Position numbers and translations under genes: made by a program. A stretch of DNA of 33,861 nt from Chiloscyllium plagiosum (lineage: Eukaryota), in assembly GCF_004010195.1 (NCBI RefSeq), contig NW_025213514.1, forward strand, positions 1-33,861, in the 5' to 3' direction. Below are positions 11,005 through 22,207 of this stretch, piece after piece; the first letter of the stretch is position 1; the number at the start of each line of letters is the position of its first letter. Under the pieces are notes generated by a model that was given only the letters and a program-made list of their open reading frames with translations, made no database searches and had not been told where the DNA came from.

Positions 11005-11230
11005 CGTTGCTTTGACAGCACTTTCCAAACTGCAATCTTTAGCACTTTGAAGAACAAGGGCAGAAAATGCATGGGAACACTGACACCTATAAGTTCCCCT
11101 GAAAGTGACACATCACTCTGACTTAGAACCATATTGCCATTCCTTCACTGTTAATGGGTCAAAATTCGGCAAATTGCTCCCAAACAGCACCATTGTGTAT
11201 CCTCATAGAAGTAACGTGAATTGTAAGGAA
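11005..11230 (+). mobile_element. LINE 3' fragment (family E)
   Basis: Aligns by eye to 30150-30320 (CTTTCCAAAC, AACAAGGGCAG, ATATTGCC). Confidence 0.65.
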
Positions 11231-11880
11231 GATAATGACAAACTTCAAAAGGACATACGAAGGTTGGTGGAATAAGTGAACAAACTTAGAGAAATCTGCA
11301 GAGAAGTGTGAAGTGATTTTGGTTGGAAAAATGAAAAGAAGCCAAATAAATAAGGGCACAATACAAAAGAAAATGCAGGAATAGAGAGTGTGGTTATATG
11401 TGGAATATTGAGAGTCACAGAGCAGGTGAGAGGAGTGAATAAAATAAACAGGATTCTAGGTTTCATAATCACAGGCATTGGGTACAGTTATGATCAATGT
11501 GCATGAAAACTAGTTTGGCCTCAAATGTATTACTGTGCAGTTCTGGGCAGCATACTTTCGGAAAGAGTAGGAGAGATGCAGAAAGGATTTATGAAAATAA
11601 TTCCAACAAAGAGGATTTTCATTCATGTGGACAGATTGGAGAAGCTGGTGTTTTTCTCCTTGGAGAAATGATTAAGAGGAGATTTGATAGAGGGTTTCAA
11701 ATCACAAAATGTCTAGATAGAGAGGGGGAAACTGTTCCGAAACAGGTTCAAGATTGGCAAAAGTATTAATGGTGACGTTAAGATCTTGTTTTACAAGATG
11801 AGTGATTATGTATGGAATACATTGCCTGAGGGTGTAGTAGAGGTAGGTTTATCATGAGAAGAGAACAAAAATTTGTAGAG
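11230..11880 (+). mobile_element. Old degenerate CR1 RT C-terminus and 3' region
   Basis: Remnants LQKDI, EKCEVI, YCAVL, RLEKLVFFSL and WNTLPE with many indels. Confidence 0.65.
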
Positions 11881-12028
11881 CTACCAGAAAAGGAACCACC
11901 AATACTGCACTATAAACTCCATATACAGTATCCAACAAATAATACTCAATTTACTAACATACAGTCGCTCTGAGCATCCAATTACCTCACAATATGCACT
12001 CTACAATAATAACAATATAGCACCAATA

Positions 12029-13041
12029 ATCGAGAGTGTGGTACTGAAAATGCACAGCATGTCAGGCAGCATCCGAGGAGCAGGAGAATCAACGTTTCAG
12101 GCATAAGCCCTTCATCAGGAATGAGGTTTGTGGGCCGAGGGGCTGAGAGGTAAATGGGAGGAGGGTGATGCTGGGTTTGGGGGGCTGGGTTGTAGGGAAG
12201 GCACCTGAGCATGCATTAAGTAGATGAAAGTGGGGGAGAAGGTGATAGGTCAGAGAGGAGGGTGGAGCAGATAGATGGTTCAGGTTAGGAGGGAAGTGCC
12301 GATTCGGAGGCTTGGGATTAGGCTAAGGTGAGGGGAGGAGAAATGAGGAAACTGGTAAAATCCACCTTATTCTCATGAAGTTGCAGGGTTCCAAGGTGGA
12401 AAAGGAGGCATTCTTCCTCCAGGCATTGGGTGGTTAGGGCTTGGCGATGGAGGAGGCCCAGAACCTGCATGACTTTGGTGGAGTGGGACAGGGAGTTGAA
12501 GTGTTCACCAATTGGATGGTGGAGTTGGTTGGTGCGGTTGTCCCAGAGATGTTCTCTGAAACGATCTGCCGGCGTCCTGTCTCCCCAATGTAGGGGAGAC
12601 CACATCAGTTGGAACGGATACATTAGTGGAGATACAGGTAAATTTCTGTCGGATGTGGTCATCCTGGGAACAGGTGCGGCAGAGGTGGCAGAAGCATCTG
12701 TTTCCAGGATGACCAATTCCACCAAAGAAAATCTCAGATGGCCACCTTCTTCAAAGACTGCAATTTCCCCTTGCACATGCTCGATGACACCCTCCTTGAT
12801 GGAGTGGGAGGGGGAGTTGGAGTGTTTAGCTACGGGACGGTGGGGGCCGGTTGATGTGGGTGTCCCAGAGTTGTTCTCTAAAATGATCCTCAAGTAGGCG
12901 TCCTATCTCCCCCATGTCGAGGAGACTACATCAGGTGCAATGGATGCAGTAGATGACATTTGTGGCGGTACAGGTAAATTTCTGTCAGATGTGGAAAGAT
13001 CCTTTGGGTCCTTGGACAGAGGTGAGCACTCTTGACTCTGA
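12029..13041 (-). mobile_element. Penelope-like element: two tandem partial GIY-YIG endonuclease copies, 3' terminal repeat with hammerhead motif, and a short inverted terminal piece
   Basis: ORF 12318-12893 contains DRFREHL, PIGEHFNS.SHS, VLGLL and LEEECLLFHLGTLQ, typical of the PLE GIY-YIG C-terminus. 12780-13000 repeats 12450-12670. Hammerhead core at 12118-12091. 13027-13041 is an inverted piece of the terminus. Confidence 0.85.
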
Positions 13042-13469
13042 ACTCACTGTAACCTCAAATAACTCTCACTCCTTCTGGCTAGCATTCGCATCCAGGCCAG
13101 CTACCTGTATGAACCTCGCTGCTGAAATTATTACCCCAGTATTCCTTGCAGGAGTTTAGGCTAAGTGAGTAGTATTTCATTTCTCTGTAACTTCAAACAA
13201 ATAGCATTTTTTCAGTACACCTGACATTGTCTGATGAATGGATCTGTTGTTCAGTGATGGATTTAATTTAGGAGTATGTGTGAGGCCTACTATTGAGCAA
13301 ACCCATTCGTTTTAACTGTGCTCTGCACAAGTGTTTTATTTGTCAGCAATTCCACAAATTTTCTTAGTGATTTAACAATTTACACACACTTTTACGCAGT
13401 AACACAAGCATGCTTAAATGTTTTATTCAAAGAATGTCCTTTTGCTTATCCTTTTCCCATACATTAAGA

Positions 13470-13567
13470 TTTATCTGAAGGGGAGCTGCACGCTAAACGT
13501 TAACTGCTTTCTCTCCACAAATGCTACCAGATCTCAATATCTCCAGCAATTTCTGTTCTTGTTTCAA
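13470..13567 (+). mobile_element. Older Penelope-terminus-like short repeat (second family) with decayed hammerhead motif
   Basis: CTGAAGG...AAACGTTAAC...CTCTCCACAAATGCTACCAGA...CCAGCAATTTCTGTT; related to 3265-3315, 25740-25870 and 29920-30010. Confidence 0.5.
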
Positions 13568-14094
13568 ATTTTCGACATCAGTTTCTGGTTTTAATATTTA
13601 TCTTGCTTTTGAAGGCACACTTTTTGAGGATTTTCTGTTCTACAGGTGTTTGTACGTTTTTTTCCGTTAAATTACCGACCGCGTACTTCCCTTTTAATCA
13701 GGTTTTGTATTCCCACCCGCTCCCCTACGAATCACTAAAACAATAAAAAAAAGGCGAGCGGGCGGGCGCACACCACGCGCTGACAGAAGGCGGTGATTGT
13801 TGGAATGGTTTTTGTCTGCCTAACCCCGCCCCGCTCCCTCTGGTTCGGCAGACGGAGTTGGGGGAGCGGCACTTGCCCCTCCTCGCCTTCCAACTGTCAA
13901 TCAGACCTCCGGAGCCGCCTCCCCCCCCGAGCTGTCCATCAGACGGAGCAACCCCGCCCCTTCCTCCGGTCAATCGGGCGCGGTGATCCGCCCCCCTTTT
14001 CCCTGTCAATCTGCCCGCTGGGCCCCGCCTCCTCCCGCTTACCCTTTCCAGTCCCTCAGTAGCCACGCCCCCCACCCTTGGCCCTGTCAATCAC

Positions 14095-14209
14095 GCGGAG
14101 CGCTCAGTTTGTAGCGCTGCTCGGAAAGTGAGGTTTGTGATCCTGAGTGGAACCGCCGGCATCTGGAGCTGGCGCTGCCGCTGGTGTCTCTTGAGCAGCC
14201 GTGGCGCAG
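14095..14209 (+). other. Putative non-coding exon 1 of a host gene (start approximate)
   Basis: Lies just downstream of the motif cluster, has no ATG and ends in CAG|GTATTT. The putative intron 14210-14410 ends in a T/TG-rich tract and CACGCAG. Confidence 0.55.
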
Positions 14210-14427
14210 GTATTTCCGCACTTTTTTTTGAAGGAGGGGGGCTTCGAAATGTCGTTGATGTTGGGCCTGCGGGAGTGGGAAATTCGTTGCTCGGTTTAGC
14301 TCATTAATTTCAGGGGTAGTTGAAATTTGGAGGTGGGCAGTGTGGGTGTTTTTATTTGAAGCGAGTGGCTGCCTCTCTGTGTGTGTGTTTGCGTTGTGCG
14401 CCTCACGCAGGATGGCTGCATGTAATA

Positions 14428-14509
14428 ATGGCGGACTCGGCGCAAGAAAAAAAAACTGAGGGAACAAAAAAAATCCGCGAGGAGGTGTGCTCCGGTCAAA
14501 TCGAGAAAG
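14428..14509 (+). CDS. Putative first coding segment of an unidentified host gene (MADSAQEKKTEGTKKIREEVCSGQIEK), within putative exon 14411-14509
   Basis: Acceptor CAG at 14408-14410; ATG in strong Kozak context (ATAATGG); donor AAG|GTGTGG at 14509/14510. No homology recognised. Confidence 0.45.
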
Positions 14510-15395
14510 GTGTGGGGTGGGATGAAAAATTATTTTAACGCCTCTGGATGTGTACATTTTTAAAAAATTGCAATCGTGGAATCGAATCTGAGTAGCGTTT
14601 TATCTCGGATCTGGTGCAACAAATGGCTCATGTTTGGGGGTGAAATCTATCCCTATCACTTAACGTTTGGTGCATTTTTTTTGTGGGTTTCGATAGTTTT
14701 CCTACCCCGCTGGCTTGGTGTGATCTCTTTAAAAATACACATACAATCCGCTCTGTTGGAGAGTCAGGGATATTCGATGTGTATGTGTTTCGTTCACTGG
14801 TCCATTTTAAGTCTGCCCTTCTGTGCCGTCGCATTGCAAGCACATTTTTTTTGCTCTGAAAATGGTGGTAAACAGACTTTATTTGTGTGTGTTTTTGTTT
14901 GGAATTAAATGAGAGGCGATGGTGGCGGTTGGAGACGTCTCGCCCAGTCAGACGGTGGGTGGGTGGGTGGGGGTTGGAGTTGGAGTCAGCTCGTGTTGAG
15001 GGAGGTGGGTGGCTGGGGCTGAGGGGTGGAAATGGGAATCCGGTTCAGGAGGTGGGAATCCGTTCCGGGATTGTGGAACGATCCTCTCCTGAGCCCTGAG
15101 CACATACATTCCAGGCAGCAGCACCAATTACAGCAACGAATCTGAAGACTATCTTGCTCAAAAGCGTGGGGGTCGCCCGTTAGTTGCTGCTGTTGCTTGT
15201 TTGCTCGCTCTCGCAGTAAATAAGGCAAAGGAAGGACGTGCATGAAAGTGCACAGCCCAGTAACAAATGTAACAAACAGTTCACTTGATGCTGCTTGTTT
15301 CAATACCACCTCTCAAAAAATAGCTAGACGGGGCGTTTGATTGCATACTCTACTCAGCCAGGTTGCTGGCTGATCTCTGCTAACTTCATATTTGT

Positions 15396-15557
15396 GGGAG
15401 AAAGTGAGGACTGCGAATGCTGGAGATCAGAGCTGAAAATGTGTTGCTGGAAAAGCGCAGCAGGTCAGGCAGCATCCAAGGAGCAGGAGAATCGACGTTT
15501 CGGGCATGAGCCCTTCTTCAGGAATTCTTCATTGCTTTTCCAGCAACACATTTTCAA
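15396..15557 (-). mobile_element. Short Penelope-terminus insertion with hammerhead motif, inverted end piece and 16-bp TSD
   Basis: Flanked by CTAACTTCATATTTGT (15380-15395) and CTAACTTTATATTTGT (15558-15573). Hammerhead core at 15521-15494; 15534-15556 inverts 15434-15457. Confidence 0.85.
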
Positions 15558-16229
15558 CTAACTTTATATTTGTATCAGTTTGTGTTTGCTGCTCGGAGAT
15601 GAGAGAGAAATTGTGGAGGAGAAAAGCATGGCAAGATGTCCTCGCCTGATATCTAGCCCAGCAGCGGCCGGGCAACCGATCGTTGTTGGAGTTATCTTTA
15701 CTGATTACTTTAGAGCAAAATAAAACCTGGTCAAACGGCAGTTCTTTGTATGCAATGTTCAGCTCAATACAGATGAGCGATGCAAGCTCGGACTTCCCTG
15801 ATTAGGCTCGAATGGTACAACATTGTGCATTTACCAAATTCTCGGACAAGGATATTCGGATTACTGTACCACATTTTAAAAAAATCTCCATTATAAAGTA
15901 TTAGCGTTGTGCACATCATATTAATGTAATCACATTGTGTTTAAGGCAGGAGACAATTGTTTGTACCATGTTGTGACCAGAATAGTAAGTGTTGGCTTTT
16001 AGTTCTCTCTTTTCTATTAGCTCACAAATGAATGGAACTTGGTGAACTTGTGCCCTTGAACAGGAATGATGCAGTGAGGATTACAAGAAATATGGATACA
16101 AAAAGGTTGCTGTTTCTGATGCATGGTAAAATGTCAGAGCTTTACAGTATAGAAAGAGACTCTTTGGCCCATAATGCACGTGTCGGATACAAGTATCTAA
16201 ATGGGGTGAAAATCAGTCAATGCTAAGAA

Positions 16230-17117
16230 TCGAAATTGGAAAAGGACAGATTGTTGGGAATTGGAAGTTGAACTGGAGTGTGTTGATTGGAAGTGCATTT
16301 GGTGGATAAAACAGTGGATGAAAAATGGGAGAATTTCAGAAAGGGAGACAAATAGAGTGCAAGCTAGGTACATACCTGTGAGAAATAAATACAGGGTAAC
16401 TAAAGCAAGAGTATCTTGCCTGATTAAAGATATTGTTGAGAAACTAAGGAAGAAAAGGTGGGCAAATGATTGATGAGAATAATAATATCAATAGAAATCA
16501 GAAAGAGTATCTCAAATGCATGAGAAGGGCTAAGAGGAAGAATGAGGAAACAATGTCAGGCTCTGCTAAACCAAACAGTAAAATATTCTTCAAGTGTATT
16601 AATAGTAAAAGTGAAAGACAGAGTGGGGTCAATGACAGTGGTACTAAAAGAACACTACTATGCTTCTGTCTTTACAAAATTACAGATGGTCACAGTGGCC
16701 TGGTTGAAAATGTGTGTGTTGAGCAACTAAATGGTAAATGATAGAGAACAGGTCCTAAAAAGGCTGTCTGCACTCCAGGTAGCCAAGTCACCAGGCCCAG
16801 ATGAGGTGCATCCTAGATTGCTGAGAGAGTTATGGGAGCAAACTGCGGATCTGTTGACAGAAATTTTCCGGGCCCCTCTGAACATAGGATGAGTCCCAGG
16901 GGACTGGAGGATTGTAAATGTGATACCGTTGTTTAAGAAAGAGACAAAGAATAACCCAGGAAACTAGAGACCTGTCAATTTGACATCAATAGTGGGAAAA
17001 CAGATGGAGGCCAGATTTACAGATGAGGTAAGTATGCACTTGGAGTAAAATAAGTTAATACTAGATTATCAATATGGCTTTGTCAAGGGCAGGGCATATC
17101 TGACAAATTTAATTGGG
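16230..17117 (+). mobile_element. Old CR1 subfamily C ORF2, left part
   Basis: Remnants KIFFKCINSK, KSPGPDEVHPRLLRE, PLFKK, RPVNLTS, QYGFVKGR and LTNLI; continues at 18693. Confidence 0.85.
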
Positions 17118-18692
17118 TGTTGAGAATGTTAGATGACTAAAGAAATTGAGGTTTTGGTAAAAAAAAGCATGTCAGGTATAGGCAGCAGAGATTGAGTGAA
17201 TCCTTGGAGTACAAAAACAGTAAGAGTACGCTTAAGAGGGCAATCAGGAGGGCAGAAAGGGCACATGAGATAGCTTTGCAAATAGGATTAAGGACAATCC
17301 AAAGGGATTTTTAAAAGTACATTAAGGACAAAAGAGTAATTAGGGAGAGAATATGGCCCCTCAAAGATCAGCAAGGTAGCCTTTGTGTGCAACTGTAGGA
17401 GATGGGGGAGATACTAAACAAGTGTTTACTGTGGAGAAGGACGTGGAAGATATAGAATGTGGGGAACTCAATGGTGACCTATTGAAAAATATCCACAAGA
17501 CAGAGGAAGAGGTGCTGGATGTCTTAAAATGCATAAAGACGAATAAATCTCCTGGACATGATGAGGTGTACCCAACAACTCTGTGGGAAGCTAGGGAAGT
17601 GATTGCTGGGGCCCTTGCTGAGATATTTGTATAATTGATAATCGCAGGTGAGGTGCTGGAGGTTGGCTAACGTGGTGCCACTTCTTAAGAAAGATGGTAA
17701 GGAAAAGCCAAGGAACTATAGACCGGCGAGCCTGATGTCACTGGTGGGCAAGTTGTTGGAGGGAATCCTGAGGAACAGGGTTTACATGTATTTGGAAAGG
17801 CAAGGACTGATTAGGGCGAGTTAACATGGCTCACAAACTTGATTGAGCTATTTGAAGAAGTAACAAAGCGGATTGATGAGGACAGAGTGATACCGTTGTT
17901 TAAGAAAGAGACAAAGAATAACCCAGGAAACTAGAGACCTGTCAATTTGACATCAATAGTGGGAAAACAGATGGAGGCCAGATTTACAGATGAGGCAGTG
18001 GACATGATCTATATGGACTTCAGTAAGGTGTTCGACAAGGTCCCCCATAGTAGACTGGTTAGCAATGTTAGATCGCATGGATTTACAGTGAGAACTAGCC
18101 ATATGGATACAGAACTGGCTTGAAGATAGAAGGTCGTGGAGATGGGTTGCTTTTCAGACTGGAGGCCTGTGACCAATGGTGTACCACAAAAGTCAGTACT
18201 GGGTCCACTGCATTTTGTCATTGATATCAATGATTTGAATGTGAACATCGGAGGTATAGTTAGTAAGTTGCAGATGACTCCAAATTTGGAGTGATGGGCA
18301 GCGAAGAAGGTTACCTCAGAGTACAATGGGATCTTGATCAGATGGACGAATGGGCTGAAGAGTGGCAGATGGAGTTTAATTTAGGTAAATGTGAGGTGCT
18401 GCATTTTGGAAAGGCAAATCAGGGCAGGACTAACATATTTAACTGTAAGGTCTTGGGGAATGTTGCTCAACAGAGACCTTGGAGTGCAGGTTCATTATTC
18501 CTTGAAAGTGGAATTGCAGGTAGATAGGGTAGTGAAGAAGGCATTCCTTTATTGGCCAGAGCATTGAGTATTGGAGTTGGGAGGTAGTGTTGTGGCTGTA
18601 CAGGACATTGGTTCAGCCACTTTTGGAATATTGTGTTGGCGTGGACCAGTTGGACCGAAGGGTCTGTTTCTATACTGTACATCTCTATGACT
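17118..18692 (+). mobile_element. CR1 subfamily A, 5'-truncated, nested inside subfamily C
   Basis: Start matches the reverse complement of 3420-3690. RT motifs MDFSKVFDKVPH and WQMEFN.GKCEVLHFG; ends CATCTCTATGACT. Confidence 0.9.
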
Positions 18693-19900
18693 AAGTTATT
18701 TGAGATGACACAGATAGTTGAGGGTAGTGCTGTGGATGTTGTATATTTGGACTTGCAGAAAACATTTAATACAATACTGCATGACAGCTTGGTTAGTAAA
18801 TGAGAAATGTTCGGGATTGATGGGTCCTTGGGAGCATGGATTTACATGTTGGCTGAAAGATAGGAAACAGCGGATAGGTGTCGATGGGCATTTCTCAGAG
18901 GAGAAGAGTTGGAAGTGGTGTTTCTCAGGGATCGGTGTTGGGACCTTTGCTTTTTCTGATTTATAAAAACGATTTAGAGATGGGTGATGAGGGCAAACTC
19001 TCTAAATTTGCAGAGGATATTAAGCGAGGGAGAATAGTGAATTGAGAGGATGATGCTGAGTGACTTCAAAGACATATTGTTAAGTTGAGAACTTGGGCAG
19101 ACTCCTGGTAAATGCTCTTCAATGTCGAGAAACGTGAGTAATGCATTTTGGTCGAAGAAGCATGGAGAGACAATACAGACTCAATAGTATGATGTTTAGG
19201 GGAGTACAGGAGCAGAGGGACCTCTGGGTTCATACCCATGATTCTCTTAAGGTGGCTGGGCATGTTGAAACAATTGTTAAGAAGGCATATAGGATCCTTT
19301 GGTTTATAAATAGAGGCATAGAGTATAAAAGCGAGGAAGTGTTGCTGTACCCCTACAATCATTGGTCTCACCACATTTGGAGTACTGTGTTCAGTTCTGG
19401 GCAGTTTAGTCAAGGAAAGATGTTCAAGCTCTGTTGAGACCTCCAAGCAAGATTTTCGAGAATGATACCAGGAAGGAAGGAGTTTAGGTACAAGGAAATC
19501 GTGGAGAGATTGGGCTTATTCTCCTTGAAGTAGAGAAGATTAATAGGTAACCTTATTGAGGTGTTCAAAATTATCAACAATTTTGACAGGATGAAGAAGG
19601 ATGCACTGTTTCCACTAGTTGGTACGTCAGTAACTCGGGATCCCAATTTCAAGACAGCAAGAAAACCAGGAGTAAGATGAGGAGTAATCTCTTTCCTCAG
19701 AGTTGCTAGGATTTGGGATATGCTGCCTGGGAGCGTGGTGAGGCAAATTTCATAGGAGGTTTCAAAAGAGAGCTGGATATATTTTGAAAGTGATGAAGTG
19801 AGAAGGTTATGGAGATAGAGTTGGAGAACGGACCAGCTACATAACTCTTTCAGGAGCTGGTCAAGTGACCACCTCTGAACTGTAAAATTCTGTGTTTCTG
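18693..19900 (+). mobile_element. Old CR1 subfamily C, right part (RT to 3' end)
   Basis: Resumes with EGSAVDVVYLD, WLKDRKQ, KFAEDIK, MHFGRRS, PHLEYCVQFW and ERLGLFSL. Confidence 0.85.
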
Positions 19901-22207
19901 TATTCTCATCCCATTTTCCAGCACGTGGCCTATGCCTGTGTGTGCCACGACATTTCAAGTACTCAGTTAAGTATTCCATAAATGTCACTTTTGCCAATCC
20001 TCAGCTGAGTGTACTTTGGATTTTAAGATATTCATGTTGTCTGAGGTTGAACATACAAATCAGTCTATGAATGGAACTCTTAGCCAGCTGGGCATTATTT
20101 GCATCAATAAATGTATTATATTACTTATAAGGTGCCTTTATTACAATGGGGTATTGCCTGTTTTTAGGCATATAGATACATTTCTTTTGTATTTTAATTG
20201 AGATATGTTGACACTCATTCATCTCTCTCACCTGGCGTTTGCATCAAGGTCTCTGAGAAAGGATGGCCACAGGTTCAGGAAAGCAACATGAGCACATGTG
20301 TAGTGTTCTTCACATAGAGTTTGCTCAAGAAACTCAGGATCTATTTGGAGAGAGAACTAATATTACAAGCACAGTACAAGCTTTCTTTGAGACTAGCTAA
20401 CACTATTACCTGTTTGATTGTTGCTTGAACACCTAGATTGAAATAGGACTGACCATATCATTTCACATATCATACTCAATGGATAACTGATTCTACTTGT
20501 TTAGTCACCATTAGTTCAGTTGTTATGTATCTTGTCCAAGAGTGCTTATTTTTGGGCAAGAATGTCTGAAGTGGGGAAAATTTCCATTTCCCATCAGTTT
20601 CATTTCACAGTAAAGAAAATGTCAGTAATTCTAAATTGTATGCCTTATGTTATTTTGAGGTTTAATTCTACTTTTTATGTTGAAGCACGGTGAACTTGCC
20701 ATAATTTTCTGCCAACGACAAATTTTAGGTCAGAAAACCAAACTCTCTAGCCACAGTTATACAGCTTGTTGATACATCACTGGGTCATCACACTAATAAG
20801 TGGTGATGGATTCACTCTTGTACCTCCCAGGTATGTAGTTTCTCATCCATTTCAATCTTGAAGGTTAAATAGAAGTTGGAAGTTTCCTCAAAGAGAAGAA
20901 AAACGAAAGGTTAAGTTACGGAGTTTCCATGCTGCATACAACAATAATATCTATAATACAGTAGTGGTGTTAACTGCTTGTTTGCATTGAGCTTTGAAGG
21001 CGATCACATATAACTTGTTTGTTTGAGGCAGTCTCAAATAAATTGTTGAATGTTTTGGGAAAAATAATAGCTAAAATAAAAGCATGGCTGGGCACATTCA
21101 ATCTGCTGGTATTCACCACCTGCTGAGCTGACTTTTTAAAAGTAATACTTAGCATGGTCCACGTGTGTCAAAACGTTTTGTATGTTGGATAAAGTAACAG
21201 TGAATTTGGCAATTAGGTGACTTAGTTACTTCTGTTTCCATAGCATTGATCAAGACACTTGAGAATTAGTCTTGTTCATCTATTGGTTCGGTCCAGAAAA
21301 TGTCACTTGTGTTAGTGGTTCCTTGTTAGCAACGATCTGGCTAACATCTTTTCTACAACTCCTGAAGCAGTTTGATAAAGCCGCATTGTTATTGTTTAGA
21401 TTCTGAAATTTGTAATATGTTACCAGTTTATATTGTGTGTGCAATATCAACATTGCACATTAAGTATCAGAATTCAAACAGATTGTACAGCAGTACCAAA
21501 GTCTGGAAGGACACACTGTTTGCTATTGGGTGTTTTTGAGAGGTCAGAGTAGGAAAGTAACAAACACACATTGTGCTTTGATAAAATCTTAATAGAATGC
21601 TGTTGGATTTGCTGAGAAATGTTCTGCATGTACTGGTTCTGAAATAGAATGGATTTGCCATGCCAGTGGAAATTGGATCTAATAATTTTCTTAATTTTTA
21701 TTGTGTGAAATTATTTAGGAATAGTGGAATTTAGAGCTCTTGAGGAATGATAGGAGAGCAGAGGAATTAGTGGCCTTAAGGCCGGAAAATCCACATTATA
21801 GCTTCAGTAGAGCAAAACACATTTTCAAATGTATTGAAATGAAAAAAAACTGCATCCTTCGACTGAGTGCCTTGGGAGGGATGGGTCACGTGCTGTATAA
21901 AATCCTGGTCGTAGATTGAATAACTTACAGCACTTGGTAAACGTCTCATAAACATAAGGGAAGCTAGTGTCCTCCCCCAATTTTCTTTTCAGAAAGTGTC
22001 AAGGCAATCCTGATGATCCAGGCTCCTTTGATTTGACATTTGTAACCATGAAAATAAGTGAGACGATTAACAGGGTGCACGATATGATTGGTTGAATAGA
22101 TCGTTATATGCAAGGGGCAACCTGTATGAATTTCTGAAAAGGTTCTGTTTTAAAATCAGTTGTATCTTATTGAAGTCACAAGGTTGTGGATGAGGCAAGC
22201 CCATTAT

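Larger units (their letters stand above)
13670..14520. promoter_or_regulatory. CpG-island promoter
   Basis: Sharp rise in GC and CpG against CpG-poor flanks. GC boxes at 13824, 13952, 13988, 14023 and 14063; CTGTCAATCA decamers at 13894 and 14084 plus variants; no obvious TATA box. Confidence 0.88.

Noticed and set aside
12430..12897. 155-aa plus-strand ORF
   Set aside because: Antisense shadow of the Penelope endonuclease sequence.
13725..14557. ORFs 13725-14090, 13793-14062 and 14087-14557 as genes
   Set aside because: Low-complexity frames expected in a GC-rich promoter; no recognisable domain.
21993..22057. Next coding exon of the host gene
   Set aside because: The acceptor is good, but the frame continuing from 14509 hits TGA and the donor is modest.
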